DNA of 64,000 nt from Candidatus Bathyarchaeia archaeon (GTDB taxonomy: Archaea; Thermoproteota; Bathyarchaeia; Bathyarchaeales; Bathycorpusculaceae), in contig JAVZNE010000007.1 of assembly GCA_038882975.1 (NCBI GenBank), forward strand, positions 1-64,000, written 5' to 3'. Shown in pieces: positions 9,518 to 19,837 of the stretch; within the stretch, counting starts at the first letter, position 1, and the number at the start of each line of letters is the position of its first letter. The notes under the pieces are model-generated. The model saw only the letters and a list, made by a program, of their open reading frames with translations. It made no database searches and was not told where the DNA came from. A program made the translations under genes and the position numbers.

Positions 9518-10411
9518 TTATAGGCGTTTCTCGAAGACTATGGCTTTTGTTTCCGGCTTTTTGAAGCCAAGCTTCTCTAAGGCGTCTGTTATGGGCTTGC
9601 GGTTGCACGTGAAACCGTAAACTTTCTTTATGCCTTTTGTTTGGCAGTAGCCTAAAAGAAACTTTGCCATATCTAAAGCTGCCTCAAAATCTCCGTCAAT
9701 ATAGCATGTTTGGATGGAGTTTTCTCGCCATTCTCTGGAAACGGCATCATCCACCAAAATCAAACCCTCAACAGCCCCATTTTCGCCGCTGTAGGTTATG
9801 GCTTTTCCTTGTCCAATGAAGCGTTCCAAGTCACGCCTATCCAAAGTATACCAATGATAAAGAACCGTGTATAAACCCTCAGCCCGCCGATAAACCTCTG
9901 AAGACTGCAAATAACTCCAAACATTATCGAGTTGGTTTAAACCTGTCCAAGATGAGGCAACACTATCCCCGCCAGAAACCTCTTCCAGAGTCATTTCAAC
10001 AAATTCGGCAACGGGCTTAAAGCCCATCTTCTTAACGGCAGCCAAAGCCGCCACATTATTTGACTCAGTAACAAGCCTCGCCACTTTAACGCCCATGCTT
10101 CTGGCGTATTCTAGGCATTTCTCAGTTATGGCAGTTGCAACACCCATCCGCCTATATTGGGGCGCTGTTCTGGCGCCGCTAAGCCAAGCTTCGCCGGGCT
10201 TGTCAATGGTTATATGTTGTATGCCAATGGGCACGCCGTCCAAAGTGGCTACGAAAACCTTGCCGTTGGGTTCTTTAAGCCACTTGTCCCAGACGTGCGG
10301 GATGTAGTCGCCCCAGCTCCAAGTGTGGCGGCAAAACTCGAAAACCGCCTCTCGGTCATCTTCACGGGCTTCCCGAACATGGATGGACGGTTTAGCTTTG
10401 GCGCCACTCAT
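9518..10411 (-). CDS. GNAT-family N-acetyltransferase
   Basis: Acetyl-CoA motif YRRMGVAT and NVAALAAVKKMGF; degenerate second GNAT-like half. Confidence 0.85.
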   Translation of the reverse strand: MSGAKAKPSIHVREAREDDREAVFEFCRHTWSWGDYIPHVWDKWLKEPNGKVFVATLDGVPIGIQHITIDKPGEAWLSGARTAPQYRRMGVATAITEKCLEYARSMGVKVARLVTESNNVAALAAVKKMGFKPVAEFVEMTLEEVSGGDSVASSWTGLNQLDNVWSYLQSSEVYRRAEGLYTVLYHWYTLDRRDLERFIGQGKAITYSGENGAVEGLILVDDAVSREWRENSIQTCYIDGDFEAALDMAKFLLGYCQTKGIKKVYGFTCNRKPITDALEKLGFKKPETKAIVFEKRL

Positions 10412-10469
10412 AGCGAGTCGCCACCAACATGCATAGCTTATTTAACAAGACCTAACTATTTAACATTGA

Positions 10470-11369
10470 ATGTCGGCTGAAACCGCAGTTAAAGTCTTCA
10501 AAAACTTGGAAAGTCAAGACCTTCGCATACTACAGGTCATAGAAGCCTCCATGACAAAACACGAGTTCGTCCCAAAAGAGATTATCATAAAATTCTCAAA
10601 ATTCAATGAGGAAGAAGCCACCTTTAGTCTTGATAAGCTTCACAAGTTCCGCTTAATCCGCCAAACAAAGCAACCCTACTTAGGCTATGCACTAAACTAT
10701 GCGGGCTACGACTGCCTAGCCATAAACGCCTTCGTAAAAGCCGGAATCCTAGAGGCTTTCGGCAAACCGTTAGGCGTGGGAAAAGAGGCAGACGTCTACG
10801 ACGCTCTAACGCCAACCGGCGAACGCATAGCCATAAAATTCCACCGCCTAGGAAGAATAAGCTTCCGCCAAACCCGCATAAAAAGAGGATGGACAACAGA
10901 AGACGTCAATTGGCTTTTGCGCTCAAGAAAAGCCGCAGAAAAAGAATACCAAGCCCTAAAGCTTGTTTACCCGAAAGGCGTTGCGGTGCCAAAACCCATA
11001 AGCCAAAACCGCCACGCCATAGCCATGGGCGCCATAGAAGGAGCAGAACTAGCAGAATACCACGAAATCCCAAAACCAGAAAAAGTGTTAAGCGAAATTC
11101 TCAGCAACATAAGAAAAGCCTATCTGAAAGCCGGAATAATCCACGCAGACCTAAGCGAATACAACATAATCCTAAAACCAGACAACCACATCCTAATAAT
11201 AGACTGGCCCCAATACATAACAAGGGAGCACCCAAACGCCCAACAACTTTTAAGAAGGGACGTGGAAAACACAATAAACTTCTTCAAGCGAAAGCACCTG
11301 CTACTAGAGGTGAACGTGGACAAGGCATTAGCCTATGTAACGGGCAAAACACGGAAACCTACTTTTTAA
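10470..11369 (+). CDS. rio2: RIO2-family serine kinase
   Basis: N-terminal wHTH, GVGKEADVY, KFHRLGRISF, IHADLSEYNI, IDWPQ. Confidence 0.93.
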   Translation: MSAETAVKVFKNLESQDLRILQVIEASMTKHEFVPKEIIIKFSKFNEEEATFSLDKLHKFRLIRQTKQPYLGYALNYAGYDCLAINAFVKAGILEAFGKPLGVGKEADVYDALTPTGERIAIKFHRLGRISFRQTRIKRGWTTEDVNWLLRSRKAAEKEYQALKLVYPKGVAVPKPISQNRHAIAMGAIEGAELAEYHEIPKPEKVLSEILSNIRKAYLKAGIIHADLSEYNIILKPDNHILIIDWPQYITREHPNAQQLLRRDVENTINFFKRKHLLLEVNVDKALAYVTGKTRKPTF

Positions 11370-11598
11370 GCGCATCCAAAACAATGTAGAGAATGTTGTT
11401 CCCCCTGAGCAAGACACTTCCATAATTGGCTATCGGTTGCTCATCCCTACACTCACTGGCTCCTTCCAAAAGAATATTCATATGCCCATCACACTTAACC
11501 ATTTTACCCCTATACTCACAACCATTCTTCAAAACCACAGCAATGTTGGCGTTTAACTGCTTAACCAAGACGTTCAAAGGCTTCTTGCTTGGCTCCAT
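11359..11598 (-). CDS. Sm-like (Lsm/SmAP) RNA-binding protein
   Basis: Sm1 motif YRGKMVKCDGHMNILL and Sm2 motif LLRGNNILYI. Confidence 0.92.
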   Translation of the reverse strand: MEPSKKPLNVLVKQLNANIAVVLKNGCEYRGKMVKCDGHMNILLEGASECRDEQPIANYGSVLLRGNNILYIVLDALKK

Positions 11599-11715
11599 AA
11601 CAGCACCCTAAACATTTCCAAACTCTAAGCTATAATCCACGTTAATTAAGCATATAAAAGTTTATCCCATCAACAACAATTTATTTTGGCAAATCTATAA
11701 GTTTTATGAAAGAAA

Positions 11716-12402
11716 ATGAAGCTACAAACAGCAACAGCATACGCTTCAGCAGCACTACTGATAATGGGCTTGTCTTCCATGGTTTTAGCGGCTCTTTTCC
11801 GCTCAAAATTTAAAAAGCTAAAAGAGTTGCCTGAGGCTGAGCTGTCAGCAAACGTCTACAGTAAAACCTTCGTCGTTTTCGACCCCTACGCTGAACATAG
11901 AAAAATAATCCATAGCTATCTACCACTTTGGGCATCCATTGTTGGTTTCTCCTCATTTGCCGCTTCGTTAGCCTCCCTCATGCTTGTTGGAATGGGTTTC
12001 GGACTCAGCATCTTCGCAGCCCTAGCAGGTTTAAGCCTAATAGTTATGGACGACGCCTTCGACGTCTACAAAAATTCAAACACCTTCATAAACGCACTTA
12101 TTAAAGGAAGCAGTTTAGGAGTAGGCGACTTGAAAGTCCTCTCCACCCTCAAAGTTTACACACGAAGATTGAGCTACTACTACCTAGGCGTTGCAGCGTT
12201 CCTAACAGTCATCTCTTTAGCATTACCCTACATCCTTAACCAAGCAATGCTAACCCTCGCCCTATTTATAGGGGGAATGGTCCAAGCAAGCTCATCCGCG
12301 GGATTTGGAAGCTTCCAGCTTGCAGTATTCTTATTTGCGGCGTTCATTGTGCTGTTTGAAGCCCTAATCGTGAAAATCAAAAGCCAGATTTTTAAAATCT
12401 GA
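11716..12402 (+). CDS. Hypothetical multi-pass membrane protein
   Basis: 228 aa with about 6 hydrophobic segments; no recognised motif. Confidence 0.7.
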   Translation: MKLQTATAYASAALLIMGLSSMVLAALFRSKFKKLKELPEAELSANVYSKTFVVFDPYAEHRKIIHSYLPLWASIVGFSSFAASLASLMLVGMGFGLSIFAALAGLSLIVMDDAFDVYKNSNTFINALIKGSSLGVGDLKVLSTLKVYTRRLSYYYLGVAAFLTVISLALPYILNQAMLTLALFIGGMVQASSSAGFGSFQLAVFLFAAFIVLFEALIVKIKSQIFKI

Positions 12403-12482
12403 GAGAGTTTGAAGGCAAAATAAGGGGTTTTGCCTAAAGAATTAAATTTCTAAACGTTAGCCTTTATCGTGGAGAAGGCTAT

Positions 12483-14018
12483 ATGCATAAGGTGCAAATA
12501 GACGGGGAAACCTTAACTATAGAAGACGTTGTAAAGGTTGCATATAATAAAGCTAAAGTTGTTGTTCCAGAAAAGGTTAAAGCTCGTGTGAAGGCTTGCC
12601 GGGAATTTTTGGAAAGGCTTTTGGAAAAGGGCGAGGTAATCTATGGCGTGAACACTGGTTTTGGAGCTTTAAGCGACGCAAAAATTTCTAGAAGTGAGCT
12701 TAAAAAGCTTCAAATAAATCTCATTAGGAGCCATGCCGCTGGTGTTGGAAAGCCGGTGAGCACCGAAGTTGTTCGGGCTACAATGCTTTTGAGGGCGAAC
12801 ACTTTGGCGAAGGGATATTCTGGCATACGCTTAGAAACCCTAGAAACTCTTGTGGAGATGCTTAACAAGGGCGTCCACCCAATAATACCAGCAAAGGGCT
12901 CCGTCGGCGCAAGCGGGGACTTGGCACCCCTTTCCCACATGGTTCTTGTCCTTATGGGCGAAGGCGAAGCCGAGTATAAGGGCAAAATAATGAGTGGAAA
13001 GGAAGCCATGGAAAAGGCTGGAATAAAACCCATCCAACTAGAAGCCAAGGAGGGCATAGCCTTAAACAACGGAACACAACTGATGACTGCCATAGCCGCC
13101 CTAACAGTTCACAAAGCAGAAAGCCTAATAGAAACAGCGGAGGTAGCCGCCGCCATGTCAATGGAAGCACTATTGGGCATTTCAGACGCTCTGGACGAAA
13201 AAATTCACATGGTTAGACCCCACGAGGGACAAGCCATAACAGCCAAAAACATTAGGGAGCTAATCGCCGGAAGCAAACTCATCCAAACTGGAAAAGAGGC
13301 AATGACAAAAATCGGGCGCCCCCATGACGCCTACAGCCTAAGATGCACGCCACAGGTGCTTGGTGCAGTGAGGGATGCCATAGCATACGTGAGAAAAGTG
13401 GTTGAAATCGAATTAAACTCGGCAACTGATAATCCCCTAATATTTCCAGAAGAAGGCGCATGCCTTTCGGGAGGAAACTTCCATGGGCAGCCGATAGCGT
13501 TGGCGATGGACACCCTTACAATTGCCCTAGCAATAGTCGGCAACATCTCAGAAAGGCGAATAGCCCGCCTCATAGATGAAAAGCTAAACAACGGCTTACC
13601 AGCCTTCCTAACACCGCCACAAGCAAAAAGGGGCTTAAGCAGCGGATTAATGACAGCCCAATATACAGCGGCAGCCCTAGCCTCAGAAAATAAAGTCTTG
13701 GCGCACCCAGCGTGCGTAGATTCAATACCGACTTCGGCAAACTTCGAAGACTTCGTAAGTATGGGAACAACAGCAGCCCAAAAAGCCATGCAAATACTGG
13801 AAAACACAGAATACATAATTGCCATAGAACTTCTATGCGCAGCCCAAGCAATAGATATCCGCGGACCAGAAAAACTTGGAAGAGGAACTCGGAAAGCCTT
13901 CAGAAAAGTAAGAGAGGTTGTGCCGCCGCTGGGGGAGGATAGACCCCTAAACCCGGATATAGAAAAGCTAAAGGCGTTGGTTGAAAGTGGACTAATTCTA
14001 CAAAGCATTGCGGAATAA
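12483..14018 (+). CDS. hutH: Histidine ammonia-lyase
   Basis: IYGVNTGFG, MIO-forming GASGDL, DAYSLRC, GGNFHGQP, EDFVSMG. Confidence 0.93.
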   Translation: MHKVQIDGETLTIEDVVKVAYNKAKVVVPEKVKARVKACREFLERLLEKGEVIYGVNTGFGALSDAKISRSELKKLQINLIRSHAAGVGKPVSTEVVRATMLLRANTLAKGYSGIRLETLETLVEMLNKGVHPIIPAKGSVGASGDLAPLSHMVLVLMGEGEAEYKGKIMSGKEAMEKAGIKPIQLEAKEGIALNNGTQLMTAIAALTVHKAESLIETAEVAAAMSMEALLGISDALDEKIHMVRPHEGQAITAKNIRELIAGSKLIQTGKEAMTKIGRPHDAYSLRCTPQVLGAVRDAIAYVRKVVEIELNSATDNPLIFPEEGACLSGGNFHGQPIALAMDTLTIALAIVGNISERRIARLIDEKLNNGLPAFLTPPQAKRGLSSGLMTAQYTAAALASENKVLAHPACVDSIPTSANFEDFVSMGTTAAQKAMQILENTEYIIAIELLCAAQAIDIRGPEKLGRGTRKAFRKVREVVPPLGEDRPLNPDIEKLKALVESGLILQSIAE

Positions 14019-14807
14019 AGGATGAAAACAGTAAATCCATAGATTGTCCACATCAACAATCGCGCATGCTGTTCCCCCATAGCCCGTAGATTCTCTGCAA
14101 TCAACTTCTATGACTATGTAAACGGACTCTAAAAGCCCTGTTTTGGCTACGTCGCCCCATGCATTTTCATGCCACTTTGTCAGGTTGAACTCGTAATGCC
14201 TCCACTCGCATAGCGGAATGGAATCATATCTAAATTCCGTAACATCTCCTCCTTTGAAAATTATGCTGCCTCCACCTTTTATGTTTCCTTGCGGGTGGCT
14301 TAGGGCTTGGGGGCTGTCATAAAGGTCAAGCTCTGTATATTTGACGCTGTATTCGCCTATACTGTTTGGGTCTTGGAAGGCTGAGGCGAGGGCTATCCTA
14401 AGCCAAGCATTTCCAGTATAGTTAGCGGCTCTTACACGGATTTCTAGGGAAACCATTATCTTCTGGTTTAGGGGAACCTTTGAAAAATTAGCCTCAGCCC
14501 AGTCAATCCACCATGTTCCAGCCGCAATATGCCCATACTTTCCATCAGAAACATTCAAAATCATGGTGACATATTCTCCGAAGGTAACATTCCAATTGCC
14601 GCCCATCGTTTCGGCTATGTTGCCACCAGCACTATGGGGATGCCAAAGACAAAAATCTTGAAGCGTGTCAAGCTCTAAATCACCGTCAACGTTCAAAACC
14701 ACTTTATGGAAGACAACACCCACCAACTTTTGCCCACAACTATTCGGCAAAGAGAACAAGATCACCGTCAATGCTAAAGCGAGGGCAACACGCTTAAGGG
14801 TTTGCAA
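13998..14807 (-). CDS. Hypothetical secreted protein (Trp-rich, probably beta-rich)
   Basis: Signal-peptide-like N-terminus MQTLKRVALALALTVILFSL. Confidence 0.7.
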   Translation of the reverse strand: MQTLKRVALALALTVILFSLPNSCGQKLVGVVFHKVVLNVDGDLELDTLQDFCLWHPHSAGGNIAETMGGNWNVTFGEYVTMILNVSDGKYGHIAAGTWWIDWAEANFSKVPLNQKIMVSLEIRVRAANYTGNAWLRIALASAFQDPNSIGEYSVKYTELDLYDSPQALSHPQGNIKGGGSIIFKGGDVTEFRYDSIPLCEWRHYEFNLTKWHENAWGDVAKTGLLESVYIVIEVDCRESTGYGGTACAIVDVDNLWIYCFHPLFRNAL

Positions 14808-14936
14808 TAATGGCGACCCATTTCAAAACACCTAAAGCTTAAACGGAAAAAGAACTGCACAGACAGAAAGAGACACACAACTTAAAGGGCAAAAATAAAT
14901 TTTAGCTATACTTAGAGAATATTTGAGCGTAAAACA

Positions 14937-15293
14937 ATGAATAATGGACAAAACGTTATAAGCCAAGAAATTGGAGCTTGCGGAGTTTTCTGCGGCGTCT
15001 GCAAAGTTTTCAAGCGCATGGAATACCGGTGCCATGGATGTAGCTGGGCTAACAAGATGTTAAAGTTAAGCAGAGAAGATGGAAAGGGTTGCATATTTTG
15101 GGAATGCACCCAAAAGCAAAAGGTTGAATGTTGCCTTATGTGCGAGGAATTTCCATGCCAAAAACATTATGACGAAAAGGAAGCTATCTACACTAAACAA
15201 GCTTTAGACTCGTGGAAGAGTTTAAGCAAAAGCGGACTCACATTTGGAGGGAGAAGAAAGGAGCTCGAATCTCTATTAGAAAAGAGGAAGTAG
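14937..15293 (+). CDS. DUF3795-like Cys-rich protein
   Basis: GACGVFCGVC...CHGC...CIFWEC...ECCLMCEEFPC pattern. Confidence 0.85.
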   Translation: MNNGQNVISQEIGACGVFCGVCKVFKRMEYRCHGCSWANKMLKLSREDGKGCIFWECTQKQKVECCLMCEEFPCQKHYDEKEAIYTKQALDSWKSLSKSGLTFGGRRKELESLLEKRK

Positions 15294-15395
15294 GTGTGGC
15301 TTCGAACTCTCGCCATCTTTCTATTTCCATATCCAATTTTCTTTCTATGGCTTCCCACACCAGAAAAGGTTCAAAAACGGCGGTTCTGTTTTAAT

Positions 15396-15704
15396 TTATG
15401 CCTTATGTAGTTTTTGGTAAATCACCGTCGTGGACTGCGTTACAACTGGCTGGGGCGTACTCGCTACTATTGGGCGCTTCTGCATATACTTATATCCACA
15501 TTCACAGGCGAAACCCACTAATTTTCTACCGCGATGGATTTCCCGCCATCTCTTTGAATTACATTTGGTTGTCTGCTTGTGAATTTTCCATAAAAGTCTC
15601 ACATCGTTCGGCGTTAGAGGCACATAATGTTTTGCCGATGTAAAGTACCATGTTGCATACGCCGCGAAACCAACCCATAATATTACGGCTATTAGCTCAA
15701 TCAT
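15396..15704 (-). CDS. Small membrane-anchored hypothetical protein with possible Zn site
   Basis: N-terminal TM helix, then H..C..CECG. Confidence 0.7.
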   Translation of the reverse strand: MIELIAVILWVGFAAYATWYFTSAKHYVPLTPNDVRLLWKIHKQTTKCNSKRWREIHRGRKLVGFACECGYKYMQKRPIVASTPQPVVTQSTTVIYQKLHKA

Positions 15705-15730
15705 TTTCCTTCAACCATATGTATTTTTGT

Positions 15731-15766
15731 TGGACACATATTCAATATGTCCATTTATTGACATAT
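15731..15766. promoter_or_regulatory. Overlapping inverted repeats, candidate operator
   Basis: ACATATT-C-AATATGT (15736-15750) and ATATGTC-N8-GACATAT (15745-15766), upstream of the 15704 gene. Confidence 0.4.
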
Positions 15767-15835
15767 CTAATTTTGAAATACTACACTTTACGATATAAAC
15801 GTTATCTCAAAAACCGAATATCCACCTAAAAAGCT

Positions 15836-16318
15836 CTAAAACTGCTTCAAGATGTCACTTTTTTCCATGATATAGCCGCAGTAGTGGCACTTCAAGATTA
15901 GGGGCTCCTCACTTTTAACATAAAATTTTGACTGAACCGGCTCGTTGCTATTGCTTATGCAGGCTGGATTTGCACACTTGACAATGCCCTCAATAACATT
16001 TGGAAGTTTAACCCTCTGCTTCTCGACAACATTATAGTTTCTGATGATGTTTATGGTTGCATGGGGCGCCAAAAGGGCGATTTTATGAACCTCCTCAGGT
16101 TTTAGCTCTCTTCCCTCAATTTTGACTATGTCTTTAACCTTAAACCGCTTGCTTGGAACGTTGATGGCTATGGTGATTATGCGCTTCTCCTTACCTGTTA
16201 TCCCCAAAATCTTGATGACATCTAAAGCATGTCCGCCAGTTATGTGGTCTATAACGGTTCCATCCTTAATTTTTGAAACATAAAGCATTGTTTCGCTTTC
16301 GTTCATGGGCTTATCCAC
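15836..16318 (-). CDS. pyrI: Aspartate carbamoyltransferase regulatory chain
   Basis: GTVIDHI, KDIVKIE, CANPACISN, CHYC. Confidence 0.95.
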   Translation of the reverse strand: MDKPMNESETMLYVSKIKDGTVIDHITGGHALDVIKILGITGKEKRIITIAINVPSKRFKVKDIVKIEGRELKPEEVHKIALLAPHATINIIRNYNVVEKQRVKLPNVIEGIVKCANPACISNSNEPVQSKFYVKSEEPLILKCHYCGYIMEKSDILKQF

Positions 16319-16491
16319 CTTTTTAGAACGGTATTGTCTGCGCAGGGATAAAAAGTTTTAATTCCCTCAGAAGCGTTTCTCGGTCAATTTTAACAGCGTG
16401 TGAACTGCTAAATTGGATAGCCCTCTCTATATTTTCTGCCCAGCGAAACATGGATAAAAAGTTATTTAAGCAGAACCAGTCGCTTGTCTAA

Positions 16492-17424
<933 letters not shown>

Positions 17425-17430
17425 GTTCTG

Positions 17431-19638
17431 TTAGAAGCGTGTAAAGGTTGTTAATGTGCCAATAGAACCACATGTTGGACATTTTTGAGGCGTGCCAAAC
17501 CAGCTTTTGCGGCACTGGCTACAGTGGGTTAGGTTGCGGTTGTACGTGAAAAATCCCAGTTTGTAGTCTTCAATAAACTTCTTTGTAAATGAGAAAAGTG
17601 TTTCTGGTGCGTATTCGGCTTCCCTAAGCTCTAAAACTGTTAGGTTTCCGCCATCAAGCGGCTCGTAAAGCTCTTTTTCAATGGCTAGAATTTTCGATTG
17701 GATTTCCAAGTTTTGAAGGTTTATTTGACTGTAGGCCGAATAGTGGGGCTTTTCTCTTGTTCCTTGGAAGCGAACCTTCACAACGCCGAACCTTTCAATA
17801 TCCTGTTTTGCCAGCCTTTCAGAGGCATCGGCACAAGGCAAAGCGGATGGGAGAAGCCTTTTCTCTCGTCTTCCACTTTTTGGCAAGAATTCTAAGACAT
17901 GTTTTACGATTTCTGACGCGATTTCTTGGGCTTTCTCGTCTTCGTATATGCTTTTTCCGCTGAGGATTTCGGAAGCCTCTTTTAATCCAACTAGGTTTAT
18001 TAAACGTGCTGCGCCTTCAACTCTAAAATATTGGTCACCGTTAGCTGAATGTGTCAGAAATGGTAGAAAACCTCTTGCTCGTTGTTTTAAAGCTTTGTGC
18101 TTTATTTCTAGGGCTCGTGCCGCCATCTCAAGTCTCTCTCTTAAAAATGTAAAGAGTTTTCTTTCATCCTTGCCGCATTCAAGGGCTATTCTAGGCAAGT
18201 TAACGGTTACAAGTCCTAAAATGCCCGTGCGCACCGTGTCAATTTCCCAGTCCTCTTTGAAGTCTGCTTTTAGGATACTTCCAGACGGTGAAAAAATCGT
18301 GTACTGCTCATTTTTGCCGGAAAGGTTTGCGAAGTATGGTGTGCCCCTTTCTGAGGCTAGGTGATGTGCCCTTAGGAGAATATCTGCTGCTGCACTATTT
18401 TTGAGGGTTTCTGGGCGAATTTTAACTATAAGTTTTGGGTTTAAAAGTGGCTTTTCAATGCTTTCTTCCTCAAAAACTTCAAGAACCATTGAGGCTAAAA
18501 GCTGGCTTTCATTGAGATAATCGCCATAACAGTTGCTTGCCGAGTCCATGGCAGGCTTGTCCACCAAAAATTCTGGAATTGTCAACTCGAGATTTATGGA
18601 GGCGTTAACGTGGCGGCTGATGCTAATGACGAAGAGCCTCAAAGCCTCTTTGATTTCGGCTTTGTCCAAGCCTCTAAGGAAAGGCGCCAAAAAAACATTG
18701 AAATATTCAAGCACTTGCGTCCCATCGGTTTCCTTTGATGCTTGTAGAAGAATGTTAAGGGTTAGGTTTAAGGCAGATTCAAAACTTTTCGGCGGCTTTA
18801 TGGACGGTTGGGAAATATTTGCGGGGTTTAGGCTTAAGCCGTTCTTTATGAAGAACCTTAAGTCATGGACTATTTCGCTTGGCTTCAAAACCCAGTAACC
18901 TAAACTGTGAAGATGAATTTCCCCTGAAAGGTATGCATCTGCAATATCCCTTGGCAACACGTTTAAAAGCGTGTACTCCTCAAGAACGCTTTTCCCGAAA
19001 CCTTCGCAGATGGAAAACGCGTCAGCCGATGCTTTGCCCTTCATGAAATGGATTGAAGCGTCATGCACTGGCAGCCCTAAACGGGTGAGCTTGTGTCGGT
19101 ACTCCTCCAAGCCCTTTTCAATGAGGATTCCATTGACGACCTCCCTTATCAACGGAGCAGTTAAATAGCGGGTCCTAGCCTTTAGAAGACGTTTTTCAGC
19201 CTCTTTTGCTATTTTTTGGGCGAGCTCTGGGGGCATTCCAGCCTCCTTGATGAGAGAGTTCGCAATTTTTGTGACATCGAATTCTTCTAGGGTGAAGCGG
19301 GATGTTCTGACAAGGATTCTTTGGGCTCTTAAACTTCGCTTTTCAATTTCTTCAGCTACGTCAATAACCATTTTGCCCAAATCTGTTAGGCGATACTTTT
19401 TAGACTCCACATCAGCCTCAATCAAATCCGCCTTAAGCAAAAACTTTAAGTGATAGGCAAAACGACCTGCGTCCCTACTTGGATTCATTTTTAAAAAGCT
19501 CATAAGCTCGGTATAGGAAAGTGGACCATGATAAAAAAGAGCAGTTAAAATGTTAAGCCTAACAGCTGAAGAAACCGCTTTCAAAACACGGATTCCCCGC
19601 AGACGCTGATGCTGGTGCTGGCTAGACAAGCCTTCCAC
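17431..19638 (-). CDS. ArsR-type wHTH + ATP-cone + class III ribonucleotide reductase (NrdD)-like fusion, apparently catalytically degenerate
   Basis: HTH RLNIL...FAYHLKFL...YRLTDLG; ATP-cone VRTSR...EEFD...LTAPLIREVV; NrdD motifs HLH, RTGILGLVTVNLPRIA; Zn ribbon CSQC/CPTC; no RxxGY loop. Confidence 0.85.
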   Translation of the reverse strand: MEGLSSQHQHQRLRGIRVLKAVSSAVRLNILTALFYHGPLSYTELMSFLKMNPSRDAGRFAYHLKFLLKADLIEADVESKKYRLTDLGKMVIDVAEEIEKRSLRAQRILVRTSRFTLEEFDVTKIANSLIKEAGMPPELAQKIAKEAEKRLLKARTRYLTAPLIREVVNGILIEKGLEEYRHKLTRLGLPVHDASIHFMKGKASADAFSICEGFGKSVLEEYTLLNVLPRDIADAYLSGEIHLHSLGYWVLKPSEIVHDLRFFIKNGLSLNPANISQPSIKPPKSFESALNLTLNILLQASKETDGTQVLEYFNVFLAPFLRGLDKAEIKEALRLFVISISRHVNASINLELTIPEFLVDKPAMDSASNCYGDYLNESQLLASMVLEVFEEESIEKPLLNPKLIVKIRPETLKNSAAADILLRAHHLASERGTPYFANLSGKNEQYTIFSPSGSILKADFKEDWEIDTVRTGILGLVTVNLPRIALECGKDERKLFTFLRERLEMAARALEIKHKALKQRARGFLPFLTHSANGDQYFRVEGAARLINLVGLKEASEILSGKSIYEDEKAQEIASEIVKHVLEFLPKSGRREKRLLPSALPCADASERLAKQDIERFGVVKVRFQGTREKPHYSAYSQINLQNLEIQSKILAIEKELYEPLDGGNLTVLELREAEYAPETLFSFTKKFIEDYKLGFFTYNRNLTHCSQCRKSWFGTPQKCPTCGSIGTLTTFTRF

Positions 19639-19743
19639 ATCTCCCCCTACTTGAATTAGTTATAGTGCGGTAAGGGTTTAAAGGTTAAGAAAACACCTTT
19701 ATTAAACCTACACAAACTAAAATGTGGGCAGCATAAACCAAGA

Positions 19744-19821
19744 GGGGCTGTCGGCTAGCTTGGTCTAGGCTCTGAGCCTCGGGCGCTCGGGACCCCGGTT
19801 CAAATCCGGGCAGCCCCACCA
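19744..19821 (+). tRNA. tRNA-Pro (anticodon CGG)
   Basis: GGGGCTG/CAGCCCC acceptor stem, TGAGC-CTCGGGC-GCTCG anticodon arm, GGTTCAAATCC T-arm, encoded CCA. Confidence 0.93.
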
Positions 19822-19837
19822 GCTTCGCTTTTCTGCT

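Noticed and set aside
10889-11389. 166-aa Arg/Pro-rich alternative-frame ORF inside rio2, and the many antisense ORFs in the track
   Set aside because: These are shadow frames of well-supported genes, explained by codon bias, with no recognisable motifs.
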